NCBI GenBank assembly: GCA_050084985.1
Contig: JBITNC010000001.1
Location: 101,060,001 to 101,124,000 of the forward strand
Length of the DNA: 64,000 nucleotides
Origin: Nageia nagi
Lineage: Eukaryota; Plantae; Pinophyta
Direction of reading: 5' to 3'
In this document: positions 26,001 to 41,000 of the stretch, one piece after another
Position numbering within the stretch: the stretch's first letter is position 1
How the letters are laid out: every line of letters begins with the position of its first letter
The notes under the pieces: model-generated
Database searches by the model: none
Told to the model about the DNA's origin: nothing
The model's input: only the letters and a program-made list of their open reading frames with translations
Program-made: the position numbers and the translations under genes

Positions 26001-29000
26001 CGTTTTTAGCAAAAAAATAATAGGTTGCATGTTTCCACCAGTAAAAAAGAGAAGGCCAAATAGAAAATTTTGAAGGAGAACATAATGAAGACATTTCAAC
26101 ATTGGAGCATGGTTCATCTTGCATGGCTGATTACATTCAAGAGATTGGTAATAGAGATGTCACTCTTTCACATGAGGTATGTTTCAAAAAGACCCAAAAT
26201 ACTTCATTTTGTACACTTGTTGGGAATGAAATCAATGAAGAACATAATAATTGCATTGGAGAATTTTCAGTTAGTGACAGTTTGAATGGAGTTAAGAGAG
26301 ATTTCCAAATTGAGTCCTTTGGTGATCTCATTCCTTGCAATAAAGTAGTAGTGATGACAATTCTTTGTTTTTCCATTGGGTGGTGTGCCTCATATGGTTT
26401 TGGGAGTCCAATGGCTTTGGTCTCTTGGTGATTATTCTACCAATTATCAAAAATTGGAATTAAAATTTGTACTAGATGGCAAGAGTATAGTGCTACAAGG
26501 AATTAGGGAAAACACATCCAAAGTTGCATGCAAAATTTTGGAAGTTTCATACAAGTACATGGGAGGAGGACAACTCTTTGATATTTCATGTGAAGGTAAA
26601 TTTACTACAGCCATGGTTCCTTCAAATAAAATGCTGATTTTTCTCATGTGGATGCATAATAGAATGTGTAGAACACTCCGACATGGAACATTACAGAGAA
26701 AGATACTTTTTCATGGTCATATGTGGTATCTTTCCATCTCTTTTTATGGCTTTCATTGGTATACACATTGTTGATTCTGTTTTCGTATTTGGAGTTGTTT
26801 TTTGGAGCCTTATATGTGGAAAGAATTGCACAAAATTCTCACTTGATGGCAACCTATGAATCTGATAAAGAAATCAGAAAAATTACAGTAGGAAATGTGG
26901 ACAATTGGTACACTTGTCACCTCACAATTCCACATGACATTCTCAGCTATTTAGACAGTTGGGATAGCCAACAAAAAAGTATCATAATTGAAAGAATTCA
27001 AGGGATTATAGTTGCCTTGTTGACGAAGTTTTGGAATAGCAAAAAGGGGACTGATTCCACACTTTATTGGGACACTTGCACATACTTGGAACATGGTTTG
27101 AAAGACAAATGGGATGAATGGGTTGCACTTCTTGTTGAACCTTGGCATACATTGGTTCATAATTTTGTCTTGATGATTTTTTATTTCATTTTGAGAATGT
27201 GTAACAGTTATAGATGGGAAACTAATCATTTCATTTTTAGATTGTTGGAGTTGGAAGACACTTTGAGCACTTCATGGGTCTTGAAGAAGCACTTAGGCAG
27301 TCTTGATTGCATTTTTTCTACTTTTATACAGTTCATAGCACTTGTGAAAACTCTTGAGCACACTTTGGAGCCCTTGTACATCTTCAATTCAGGTTTGATT
27401 TGGAGCACACTACATTGGAGGATTTCAAGTTGGTATTTGATTATTGACATGCATAAGATGGCATAAAGTTTTGAGATTGCAGAAGTTACATAGGAAACTG
27501 ATTTGATTTGTGTGTTTCTTTGGGCATGCACAAAGGCAAGTTTTATATATACTTGTTGTCAAAAAATTAGTACATCTTCCTTCATGTTTTGTACTCCACT
27601 TTGCAAGACGTTTTGGACTGTTCTGATGACAAATGGCTTGGCTGCAATTCACATGAATATGGCTGTACATTGCATGATATTTGATGTAATAAGATTTGAG
27701 ACTGCTACGCATGAGTTGAAAAATTGCATATGTGTTCATTTTATCAACTTAGGAAAAATAAGATCAGAAAATTTCATATGTAAAGGTGCCTCAATCAGTT
27801 ATAGAAGGAAAAAGAAGATAAATTTGAACTTGAGAATCCACAGAAACATTCTAAACAGGTACAAGTTAAATTCTGATTTTTATGACAGCAGCGCACTATT
27901 TCTTTTTAGGCATGATTTGGATGAGCTTGTTGATAGGAAAATTGGTAAGTTTCAGAAATTGGTGTCTTGTGGTGATGCCAACCTCCACACATTTGGGAAG
28001 GTAACTTACTTTCATTTTGCCATGAATTTGAGTTATACACTTTTTGCATTGGCTGGTTTTGAAGTTGTATTCTCGTTGTGGGAGCACATAGTCATATTTG
28101 TCTTGAGAGTGAACATGAAATTATGAAGACATATTCATCCATGGTATGCACATTCAATTCAAGGTTACTACAACAACATGAGGGGCCATTGGAAAGGGCA
28201 TGTCTATTGAGTGTTGTAAAGAAAAACATTCCTAATGAAGTTCTTAATGTTTGGCTTGGTTTAGAAGTCATATGGGAGGAAGTAAAATGGATGTATGGCT
28301 ATGATAATACTGCTGTACATACAATTTTCAGTCTCTATTTTCTTGGTATGATTTATAGCTACACTTCATTTATGCATGGCACATTGATGGGAAACAATGA
28401 AAGCATGAGTGTAGATGATTGTGAGTCATTTATGGCTATTGAAAAGAGAAAATTAGACCTGTTACTCTTACATTGCAGCCTCTTTCTCAAAACCCCAATC
28501 AGTATTATTGTTGGTTGGTTGATGCTCATACATAGTACAACAATAAGGGATGGAGAATCACTCAGTTTGGCTACGTTTTGGGAGTACAAACACCATGATT
28601 TTAATGCTGTTATCAGAAAATCAGCCTTGTTATGCATTCAAAATGGGCTTGGTAACAAAGAAACAATATGGGGTTTTGACACACATAAGTGTTTGAGACA
28701 GTTTGGGTACAGTATTAATGAAATTGTGAACCATCCAACATTGCAATTGCTTGAGGACAAGCAAATTTGAGGAGGGTGGACTTGTAATGTACCAAAAATA
28801 AATATTTTTTGTAAATGTCTCCTACACTTAATTATAAAAGTGAAAAAGGAGTTCATGTGACTAGGAGACATAACTTAAGTTGTGTTTATTTATGTTTTAT
28901 ATTTTTATTTTGTAATAGGGCACTTTAAGTGATTTTAGGGTTGGGAGATGTCAACTCCAAATTAGAATATGAGCTTATAAAAGGGAAGTGGGCATCCCAT

Positions 29001-32000
29001 TTGAGTGGAGTTTGTGGATCATCTATTTTATTATTTTTGAGTGAAGGAGATTCCTTTCTCAACCCAAGTGTGCACGTGTTCATGCATATTTGGATCTCAA
29101 GGGTTGTGGGCCTTAGTCTTGGGGGTGTTTGTACACCTAGAGCTAAAGGTAGCTATTGCTTGGGAGACTTCAAGAGTTGTGGGCCTCAATCTTAGGGATG
29201 CTTGCACATCTAGAGTTGGAGGTAGCGATTTCTTAGAGAGATATTGAGGGTTGGAGGCCTTGCATGGGAGCCTAGCCTCATTCTGTTGCATCATTTTTAG
29301 ATCTGGCCAATTTGTGGCATTTTTGTGAGCTTAGATCTGCATTTGTGGCACTTCAGCTATTGTATTGGTTTGACATCATTTTTTTTTAATAAAATTCCTT
29401 GGCTGATTCTCTCCATTATTTTGCATATTTTTCTGAGTTTTGACATTGTTCCTTGGCTGCAAGTTTATTTCTGTGCTTTGAGCATTCACTTGAGCAATAA
29501 AAATAAAAGGAACATTACAAATAGACAGCATTTATATGTGTGTTTTGTCTTTTTGCATTTCAAAATATCAACTTCCTAAAATGACTGTGTTATGGGGAAC
29601 CTAGTCTTAGAACATGAGCGCTCTAGGAAAACCGGTTCTAGAATGCCAAAGCTTTGGGACCAAGCATTGCAAAAAATGCCCTAGTTCCAAACAGACATAC
29701 ATTTACTATTTTATCTCCTACAAAATCAGCAAAAAAATCAATTGCATGTATGAAATTTGTACATTGTTTTTGCACATATCCTTGTTTGAAATATCATTTC
29801 TGAATTTTCCATGTTCCATGTTCTTAAATCACAACTGAAAAATATCATTTTTGCATACATCATTCCCAACATTGCGTTCCTACATTGATCATGTCTGAAC
29901 TAAAATTCTGCATTATCGTTTTGAAATTATCATTTTCTGTCTTAAGGCATTCCCAAATATTGTTTGTCAAAACACTCATACTTTGGGGCACCCAAGTGTC
30001 TAGAACCCCAACGTTTTGTATCTACCTACCTTTTCGGTCATAAGCTTCAAAAATCTAAAAAACATAGAGAATATATCTAAAGTATTTATATCATTTTTAC
30101 AATTATCATTTTTAAAACACTATTTTCAAAAGTTATCATTGTTTGGATTATCACTACAAGATTATCAAGTTTGTTTGTGTTTCATGATTACCTATTAAAT
30201 GTTTTATCGCTACTAGTATTTTCAAAAGGGGAGGTTCCCGATATCTATAAAAAAAATTATCATGTCCCCATAACCATCCAGGATAGGCAACCAAGCTTTC
30301 CCAATCATCTTTGGTTTGCAAACTTCAAGAATTTTGCATTGAGCTCCATGTTTGAGTATATGCATTCACAAGTAGCCCAAAGCAACAGGTGCAATCAATA
30401 CCATTCACTTTGCTTGAAAAGAACATCCTCATCCAAGATCTAGCCTATCCTTATCGGCCTTTTTGGCAAGGACAGGTATGTAACCATATCATGATAGGTT
30501 CAATCATTTCATGTTTTCCAGAAGGTACTTCATTATTTTGCATAACATTTGTTTTACAATATCCCACAAAGGCAAGAGCACAAGATTTTACCAAAATTTT
30601 ATATCCTTTCTATTTTGAGCATGTGGTCTCACATTCTCTCCCTCAACCACATCCCCAAAAGGGGCAATCTATAAACAATTAAGTTTGCACTTTGGCTATT
30701 TAAAAATGTATTTATTTAAATGTGCTATCTTGTTTATATAAAGTGTTAATTGTGAATCCACTTGAGGTTATTTTGAAATAACTTAAGTGATTTCTTCTAA
30801 TTTAGTATTATCTTTATGCACATTGTTCTAAGCGGGTCTACCTAGGTGAACTCAAAATCAATTTTGTGAATCCTTTATAAAACACCCCCAAGTGATCATT
30901 TCAGATATGGAAGAATCATAAGCAACCACCATCACGATTTATCACAACTAGAAAGAAATAAAAAAAAGTTCATCTTCCATCATCATAGCAATATCGTCAG
31001 GATTGTCCAAATAGCCTAAGGAGTGAAGCATAAGACAAAAGAGCATCCAGACCAAACATGCCCACATTTCAGCATCTAAACCTAGAATGCCAAGCATTTT
31101 CGAAAACATGCAATGCTCTAGCATCGCAAGCCCAAAACACAACCATTATAATACCATGCCTCCGACAACCCCCACGGTTGAACCAAGTCATTCCAAATTG
31201 TTTACATATCAGTTCTAACACCATCTTTGGCAGAATCATCTTCAAAATTATTATTTTTAGAATCATTATCTTTAGAATTACCCAAATCAAGTACAACCAA
31301 AGTTTGCCCTCCAAGAACACATTTTGTTTGTTAACAACCTTCCAATCCCCCATCAAACAAATAAGTTCTCTGTATATGCTCTTGTCAATTTGCAAAATCC
31401 TAGTTGCTAAATCTTTATACTGCTTTTAGCCATCTATCTACTTTCTTTCATAGACAAATAAATTTATTTATTTCAGTACATTGTTTTCTTTTTAGTGTCT
31501 AGAGTATGCTATTTCCAATGTATCCCATTTGTCTTTTGTAGTAAAGGCCGAAAAGATCATCATATAGAAAATATCATCCAATGCTTATTGGATGTAATAC
31601 AAAGCTAGTGCATCCCTCTTCATCTTTCCCTTCTTGGTTTCCTAGGCATCGTCATTGAAATTACTTCAATCCTTAGGTTCCACATACTCACTGCCAACAA
31701 TATCGTAAGTATCATTGCTGATGAGAAGTACCCTCATCTTTGTGCACTAACATTAAAATTAGAACTAGCAATGAAGATTTATTGTTTGCTATGATAGCTG
31801 AATCAACAGTTATAAATTCTTCCTTTAACAACTTGATAATTAAATTCTCCTACCAAAAAGAAACTTAAAAAAACTTCCTTCAATTGAAGCACAAGTAGTT
31901 GGTTTTGATACTACTGTGTAAAATTGGAGTGGCTAGATTCATTGATCAACATAGCAATGAATATAAAACAAAGAATACAACAATTGTATACAAATTATTT

Positions 32001-35000
32001 TTAAAAAGTGAGCACACACAAAAAAAAAGCCCAAATGAAAACTTGTATATTACAGTATTGTTATAAGTTCATGTGAAAGTGATCTCAAACTTACCACATT
32101 CCTACAGTTGCATCAAACTTAATTTTATACTCTGCAACAATCAGTTGTTTTCTATTGTCTCCAATCACATTCTACCAAAGACATGACCTCATGGGGTACT
32201 TCCCATTCATCAAATGAAATACCAAGTTTTATAGGAACTCAAAAAATGCTAAACCATCTTCCAGTACTAAAAGAAAAATGCTGGATGTTATAGAACAAAC
32301 AAATTTGACGATCGCTACAACGATTTATGGTCATCATCATCATTGTCAAATCAGTGGTCATTGTTATCTTCATAATTGTGGTCATCTCCAAACCCATGTC
32401 CATCATTTGCATCATTAAACCAATGTCTATCATCATCAATGTTGCTTCTCATCAATGCTAGGTACTTCATTGTCATTGTTAAACCTATGTATCTTCCTCA
32501 TCATCGGCAAACCCAATGTCATCATAAAGCTTGGTATTCCTCAAAATCCTGTCAACGTCATCATTATTGGACACAAATTACAATGCTTCTTACCATTGTT
32601 GTCATCATCACCTTGATGACTCGAACATTGATGTTGTCACTCCTTTTTCCCTCACAGTCATTCATTTCACGTCTTAAGTATTTGTCAGTAGTCTTGCTTT
32701 ATGTTAACTACCCAATGGATTTCAAATTATCATTCACTTAAGTATTGTCTTTTCTGTTAAGGGTCAAATTTCAATTAAGGAAAACATCCTCCAAATGGCC
32801 CTGGTTAAAAGGTTGAATGACCCACACGATTCTTATATTAGTATGAATCTTGACTTGAAGACATAACAGAATACATTGACTCATGCCAACATGTCATGGA
32901 TGTTGATGAAAAGAGGAAAAAAGTGTTTGAATATTATCTTGAACATAGTGAAAGGAGCTTGTAATTCAATGGAGGAAAAGGTCTATAGTTAGTGAAAGCA
33001 ATGGTGGCAGTATAAATGGAAGTGTTGGTGACAGGAAAAGCTTCAGCAGAACTGTTGACAGCAGTGTGAATGGAAGCACAAGCGCAGCAGAAGCATTAGC
33101 AGTAGAAGCACCAGCATCAAAAGTGCTGACATCAAGATGGCTGCATGAGCAGCACTAACAGTGATGGGACAGCACTAACAGTGATAGAAACGATGCTGGC
33201 AGTGATGGAAATGTGTTGTTGATGTCGACATTGGAAAAGTTGGATGATTAGAGGGAGTTCAACAGTCTCAACCATTATATGTTGAAGACATGAATATGAA
33301 ACTCCAAGGAAGAGAAGTTGAATGGGCATGCACCCATGAGACCATGAATGCAAATAGGTGTGTGTTGGACCAAGATTCTATGTTGTTCATGTGCATTTAA
33401 GGTTTATGTGCAGAGTGTAAGCATGTGATTGTGAATACAAGGCAGTATCACGAAGGTTTGAGAACCCATGAGGTTTGTTGGGCTGATGAGGATTCTGTTT
33501 GTAGCCGTTCTCCAACCAGATATGCCATCACATAGTTCTGCAAACTCCCTCTTCAGCCACAATTCATTATGCAAGCAACCTCTTCAGCCATGTAAAAACT
33601 CTGACGATTACGAATAAATCATTGGTTGACTTTTGAGACACAAATCAGTGGTATTAAAGATGAATTTGATCCTATGACATGGACTCTATTTGGTTGCTCT
33701 TCATTTTTTACTAGACTTGGATTTTGGGTTTTGTCCAAAGCTCCAACAATACTGCCTAGGCACCAACAACGCCTACTGATCCACTTCCTTCTTATCTGCA
33801 GCCATGCCTTGCACAAACGGTTATGTTGGTTTGCCATGTCTACATAACAACCATAACCAGCCGGCCACCTGCTAGAAACGACAAGGACATCACATATGTG
33901 GTGTTATTCGCCTGTTTGTGTTTCGTAACTCTCTTTCTGCCTAGTGTGACTTTGCTCTCTTGGACAAGGATTACTTGGGCTTGGCATTGTGAGAGAGGAA
34001 AGGAGTTGGGAGTAAAAAGAGCAACTTTCCTCGACTCAAAGCTTCAACTGCCCTGTGGCGTTGATGATTTTGCAAAAATCAGACATTTCCCTCTTCCTTC
34101 AAGGGTATCCCCGTTGTGAAAAACATTTATCACAAATCAAAGCTGTAATTCATTTTGCCAAACATGTCAGAGGAAACATGTCCATGGACACCTTGCACAC
34201 GTTGACATCCACTCTACATATGTTCGGTGCCTTTGCCACTTCTGCCTTCCCACCCATGCTTGTCTGAGTTCTCATAAGTGCCTGTCTACTACCAAGTTTG
34301 TCTTCTCCAGCACTCTCAACCCCGAGGGTGACATGGGTAAATTTGCAATTTACCATTAAAATAAAATCTAAAATTCGTTTTAATATTACAATTGAAATAA
34401 CTGTAATATTCTAATAATTTGCTCGAAGGTGACTAATTTTTAATTGAGGCGATTAATCCTTTATTGTAAGTTGTTACCTATATTGTACACAACCTACTAA
34501 TCATCTTGTTGAAAGGAGACATGTTCTTCATACGTGAAGCCCATCACCCGAGCCCAAACCATGGAGACCACAAATCTTGCTAAGAAGGCTGATCCTGGTG
34601 TTAGGAGGCAGCATGTTTGTATTCATACCTAACACCCATCACTAGAGCCCAAACCATTGCTACTGCAACTATTGCTAAGAAGGTGATCGAACTCACTAAT
34701 CTGATTGCTACACTATTTTCAAAGGTAAATGACACCATTGTATTCAAACCATCGACACATTGTAGTTTGTACCAAGTGTGAAGTTTCAATTTACGACGGA
34801 TCCAGGAACGTTGTGGTGATTGCAAAGTAGATCATGAACATGGAAACATGGTTTGAGTTTAATGATACCCCTATAGACTACAATGTAGCCTATGGTAAAT
34901 TAAATCTTTCAAGAGTAGCAAAATTGGTGGTTATTCAAGCTATGAATCAAGCTTCATCGTCGACAAGTTTAGTGCAAGCTTCCATTTCCTCATGGATAGA

Positions 35001-38000
35001 AATCTTGAGTAACACTTTCTATCCTCCTAATTACTTGCAAGATCTTAATATGAAATGGCCTCATTTTCATCAAGGTTTCAATCAATTTGTTCAAGAATGT
35101 GTTGTTCAATTTAACTGTTTGCAGATATTGTTGAGTCGAACAAATCCTGAAACTGAATTAATTCTCAAGTTCAAAAGTGGAATGTTGGAGCATGTTTTTC
35201 ATGAGTTGAACACCCTTACAACAACCTACAATCATGCTAAATTGATCGAAGAAAAACACCATGCTTCTAAAGCACCTCCTCCTGTTGCATTTTCAACTTT
35301 GTGTGCTTCCACTTTGAAGCCCTTTAAGTCTTCTTTAATTAGACAACCACATGGAATTTCAACTTCTACTTCTTTGTCTTCCTCCTCTTCTTCTTCTTTA
35401 AAGGAAAACAACAAGTCCAAATGTTCCAAATTAAAGAAGAAAGCTTTATTTGTACAATTGACCAATGAAGGAGTATAAGATACCCTCATTGAAACTACAA
35501 GAGAAGATAAATCGTATGACGAATTGCATGGTTACCTGAACACTTTAATGCAGCAACATACCACTCTAGGAGATATTATGACAATTTGTTTGTCACACAT
35601 GCACATTTCACACATGATTATTCTTTGGATTGTATCATCAACAATGGTTCACAAAAGAATTTAATTGCAAGGTCCATTGTCAACAAGTTGAAGCTTTTGT
35701 TGAACCTCATCCTCATTTGTATTCAATTGTGTGGAAGGATTGTGGTTCTAGTACACAAAACACACACATTTGAACTGTTTTGTTTGCATTTGGTCCTAAA
35801 TTTGTGGATAAGATCACTTGCAATGTGACCAATATGGATTATTGTGAACTTCTTGGCAAACCCTATTAATATGATAGGAAAGCTCATTACGATGCTTTCA
35901 ATAGCACTTACCAATCACAAAAAGATACCAAAAAGTTCCTCTTTTGTAGCACTTCTCACATGAAGCAAATGAATTTGGTTCTCACATGCAAGCTTGTAAA
36001 GGAGTAAATAATGTAGTTGAATTAGCTCTTATCTTCATTAGACCAAATTCTTCATAGAACAAGGCAAACTTTATAATATCCACTCCACATGCAGATATTA
36101 ATAAGCTTCCACGGGTTTTAGCAAACTATCACAGTTAGGTTTTCAAGCAAAGAGGCATCTACATGCATCCTTGGACCCTTGATTTCAACCTTGTCATAGA
36201 AAAAAATAGATGGTTTTCAATTTGGATAAACCTCTATGCACTTCTTATGAAATTCTGAAGTAAAAAGGCCTTCACCAAGATTGGGAATGCCGTTGGTTCT
36301 TTTCTACATTTGATTGATAATACAGAAGAAAATTTGGTCAACAAATTTAATATGATCAAGGCAAGACTTACTGATTGGATGAACATTTCTTTTGCCTGGC
36401 CATAATGTACCTCCCTTTCCTCAAGCTGGAGGAATTAGACCCAATACACTAAGTATGAAAATTTCTCTATAAGGTGTTATGGCTGCCAAAAATATGGGCA
36501 CATGAAGAAGGAATGCCCATTATCTCAGACATGCTATAAACACTCATATGATGTGATGTCCCTTTTGTAACATATAAAATATTTGTAATGGCCAAAAGGC
36601 CTATCTTAATAATAATTTATTAGTAATATGTTATGTGTAACTTGGGATAGGAGTTTAATTGGTCATGGAACCCACTATGAGCCCCTAGTGGGACGTCTCC
36701 CTCCCAAGTGTAGAATAGGTTAGATTAAGTGTACTTGGAGATTAAGTGTAGAATAGGTTAGTCTTAGGTTATTTTTAGGTAGAGAAATATTCATTGGTTT
36801 ATTTAGGATGATGAGTCATTAGGTGTTATTGTACGGGTCAAGTTTGTCATCAAGTTAGTTAGGAGGTTATAACATTCACCATTTATTATTTATTTGTTGT
36901 ACTATCATAAAATTATTACCTTTGACCCTTCCATAATCTTTATATCAAGATCTGGATGAAATGTGATGGATATTATCATTTCATGTTGAAGAGCTCTAAA
37001 TCAAGAACCTGTCACTTTTCGTGGCATATGAAACAAAAAAACGTAACTCCAATTATTAAATATTTATGATAATTAAATAAATTAAATTACTAATTCTCAT
37101 GTTTTCAAATGAGATTTTTGGTGAGTTGGGATGACAAAGCATGTATTGGAGCCACTCATTGGATAGGTCACAAACTTAGGAAGCTCACATAACAAACGGT
37201 TCGAAAAATGGATCCCGAATCTGCATCTAAAAGTGTCCATCAATCCATATTTGACAAATTAATCCATTTTTGGCAACATACCCCCAAGAGAAGATTCGAA
37301 ATTCAAATATCTTATTCTTGGTCAATCATAAAGCAAAACAGATCCTAGAACCACTCATTTTGGTAGGGACAGAGTGAAGATCACAATAAAATCAATTCCA
37401 TAGAAAATGGGGACCGAACGTGGAAATTGCACTGTTTTCTCCCCACAGTATTGTATCGGCCAAATTAATTCAATTTTAATAAAGTTAGAAAATTAAAAGC
37501 CAAAAAAATTAAAATTTAAAAATAAACTAGAATGTCTGTTTAAAATGATAAATTTTGTTTCACAAGAATTTCATGTTGCAGAGCATGGATTCTTCCATAA
37601 AATGCAATAAAACTGAAGCCTCGTAGGATGCCATGAGGAAGGAGATAACTTAAACAGAGTTGTGGGCAGTCTCTTTCAGTATGTGCAGGTGAATATCCAT
37701 CACAAAGTGGTTGAAAATGGTTTTTTGGGTATAGCTCCTCGGTTGGACCGAGAAAGCATGTCTTTGCTGAGTTTTAGTCACCCCCTCAACCCGACTAACT
37801 AACAGCAACTCCTACCCAAAATCCTTTGATTGGATTGAAGAGGGATGTCTACAAATTATTTTTTTCACACCCCCATTGGATCCGACTCATTGTTTTGTGT
37901 AGCTTAACCCTAGATGCTATTGCTACAAGCTTGTGTAATGCTTGCTCCTCACCCACTGAGATTGCCTATAAAAGGAGGATGAATTCTCTTAATCGGGTTG

Positions 38001-41000
38001 AAAACATGGAGAAGAAGATTAACGTTTCTAAATTCTGCAGCGAAACCCTGCAAGATTTCATACTCGGTCGGTTCCAAACACCATGTCAACAAAGTTTCTC
38101 TTCACCACCCAACTGGATCCGACCAACATAAAATTTCAGGATTTCAATAAACATGGTGTCCCTCCACAAGTGCATAAACCGTCTCACCAAGTGCAATGAA
38201 GAGCAGCTGTTGTACAATAAGATCAATTCACCTTTCCCAATATCTTTAGAGCCTGCACTAAACTCAGAGATTTAAAATAGAGTTTATGCATATCTCGAAG
38301 ATTCTTTAAATGCAGATTTCTGTCACATGTGCGGATGTGAATGACCAGGCAGACATGTATGCAAAATGTGAAAGTACAGGAAAGATACCCAAATTGTTTG
38401 ACATGCTGCAGAATCGCAGATACAGTTTCACGGTTGCAAAGATGACAGACATCCATCAAAGAGTAATTGAAAAAGATTTAGCATCAAATATTATGATTAT
38501 GGGTGCCTAGAAGCATGGAGAAGGAACATGAATTGTTTACTAATTACTCATCAAATGCAGCCAAAAGACACCTTCATGGACCTGCAATAATCACAGGATA
38601 TGCACAAAATGGATATATTGAAAGGTCCGTAAATTTGACAAAACACAGGTAGAAAAGGCGCAGCAATTGTTTGACAAGATGCTGCATGCTGCATATATAG
38701 TTTCATTGACTACTATGATCACCTGAGAGATACAAAAGGAATGCAATACAAGTTCTGTGAATGGTTTAATAAGAGGCCTGTGAATATAGAAGAAGGACAT
38801 TGTAATATCCCCAAAATATTCTCAAGCGCAAATTAGCCAAATAATTATCGATATCAAAATTCTCCCTTAAGTATGCCACGTCTGAACTAGGGCATCAAAT
38901 ACATGCAAAAACAAGCCAGTAATGCCAATGACTCACTTTTGAAGCATAAATGACACTAAATTGCCCAACGTCATGCATACGGGCTTATACACTATGCCAA
39001 ACTAGCTCGAGAATGCCAACGAATCACATATGCAAGCATAAACATATAAAATAGTCCAACGTTTGCAAGCATAGAAACATACACATCAAATATGTAGACA
39101 AATACCGAGATCCAAGCATGCCACGACAGTATTAATGAGGAATAAATGAGTACAATACCGAATCAGCCCAAAGGGCTCAACGTTGGCCTCCAAGGAGCCA
39201 ACTAGGGCATACACTGAGCTGAGACAGACTCTGAAACTGTGGTAGAACAACCACCTCCTACCAATTTTGTGGATGCCTCACGAAAGACTCCCTCACAAAC
39301 TAGCTCCCGACGAACAGAACAGGTGTGGTTCTGGAATGCCACTGGATGGATTCAAAGATGAAGACCGCTTGTGGACGCCTTAAGGTAGGGGATCCATGGT
39401 GCCATGCATGCCAATGTGGGTGTCCAAGATGCCATGCATGCCAACATGGGAACCCAAGGTGCCACATGGGTCTAGGAATCATGCGTGGGTGCAAGGCGGT
39501 CATCATGGGCCAACATTGGGGGTCTAGGAGTCTCCCCGAGGCTAACGCATGTCTACAAGCGCCCCAAATCCAACGTTAGGGCAAATAGGTGGCTTATCCA
39601 TGTTCTAGGTGCTAAACAGGCCTTTGCATTCCCACAATCATCTTTGGGATCTCCAAGTATATTAAATGATAAATAAATAACACATCCTAGCTTGGAGAAA
39701 AACGTCCCTCGTAAGGCTCACAAGTGGGTCCAATGGACCTTTATAATTCTATCCCAAGGAATTAACAACAATTATGTAAGAAAGTAAATATTTACAAAAA
39801 GGGAATCCTTAGGATTCCAAAATTAATTATTTTTTGCAAAAAAGGGATGCTACAGACATCATACCATGGAATAAATTGATCACAAGTTATGTATAAATGT
39901 TTTTTTTCCAAAGATTCTCAAGCAGATGCAATTGTTGGGTGTGAAGCTAAAGTTTGCAGCCATTGTCACAGTTCTTCAGTCACTGCACTATGTAAAAGGG
40001 TCCGTGGATTTATTTGATAGGATGTTGATGCAAACACAGTTTTATGGACTGCAATGAATGGAGGATATGCAATTTATTGCTACAACATGGATGCTATCTA
40101 CTCTTTAATCTAAGGAAGCACTTGGGAGCCAACACTAAACAGCATAACATTTGTGTGTGTTCTACTCACTCACAGTTGCACTAGTCTAGTGGATGGAAGT
40201 TATGAATAATTTAATAACCTAGATGACTATTATTACATTATGCTTGGGTGAATGCTACATACATGGACATGGCTAAAATATTCAATAGCACAAGTGGTTC
40301 TTATTGCATTATTACTGGGATGAATTATCATATGTTTGTGAATGCCTCTGCTTAGTGCTTGGAAATGACATAAGAATGTAAAAGTAGGGCAATATAGGGT
40401 ACCAAGCTTTTTGTTGGGCAGTCATGATGATATTCCAAGATTAAGGATATTGATAAAAGATAGAGGAATCAAGAAGTCATCCGAATATGAATTGATTGAA
40501 GTTGACATCAAGAGGACACATTTGAAGGATTCAAGACATCTGGTATGTTAGGAACCTAGAAAATCTTAAAAAATAACAGTTAAATGTGAAATAGCAATAT
40601 ATTCAAAATGCAACAGATCACATAACTCAAGCAATGTGAAACAAAGCAGCAAAATAGCATAACTTTATTGATAATAATATGAATCGCAGGTTGCTTTGAG
40701 GGGGCTACCTCCTTACAACTCAAAAGACAATATATTTTTCAAGATGATCTATCTACCCCTCTTACACATATTTATAGTCATGCTACCCTAACCCTAATTG
40801 GCGGTTCATTATAAAATGACGATCCGCCTTACAAAAGTGTGACGGTCCACCTTACATGTCGGTATATGCCCATAATTAAAATATTTAAAATAAACAACTA
40901 ACATAAATAAATGTTAGAATATGGGATCCTAACATGGTTTTACATAAATGCGAAACTAGCATGCATGAAGATAGGTTTCAGACTATCCAACGTAGACATC

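Noticed and set aside
32239-32439. Met-rich 66-aa ORF
   Set aside because: Frame artefact of (CAT/GAT)n low-complexity sequence.
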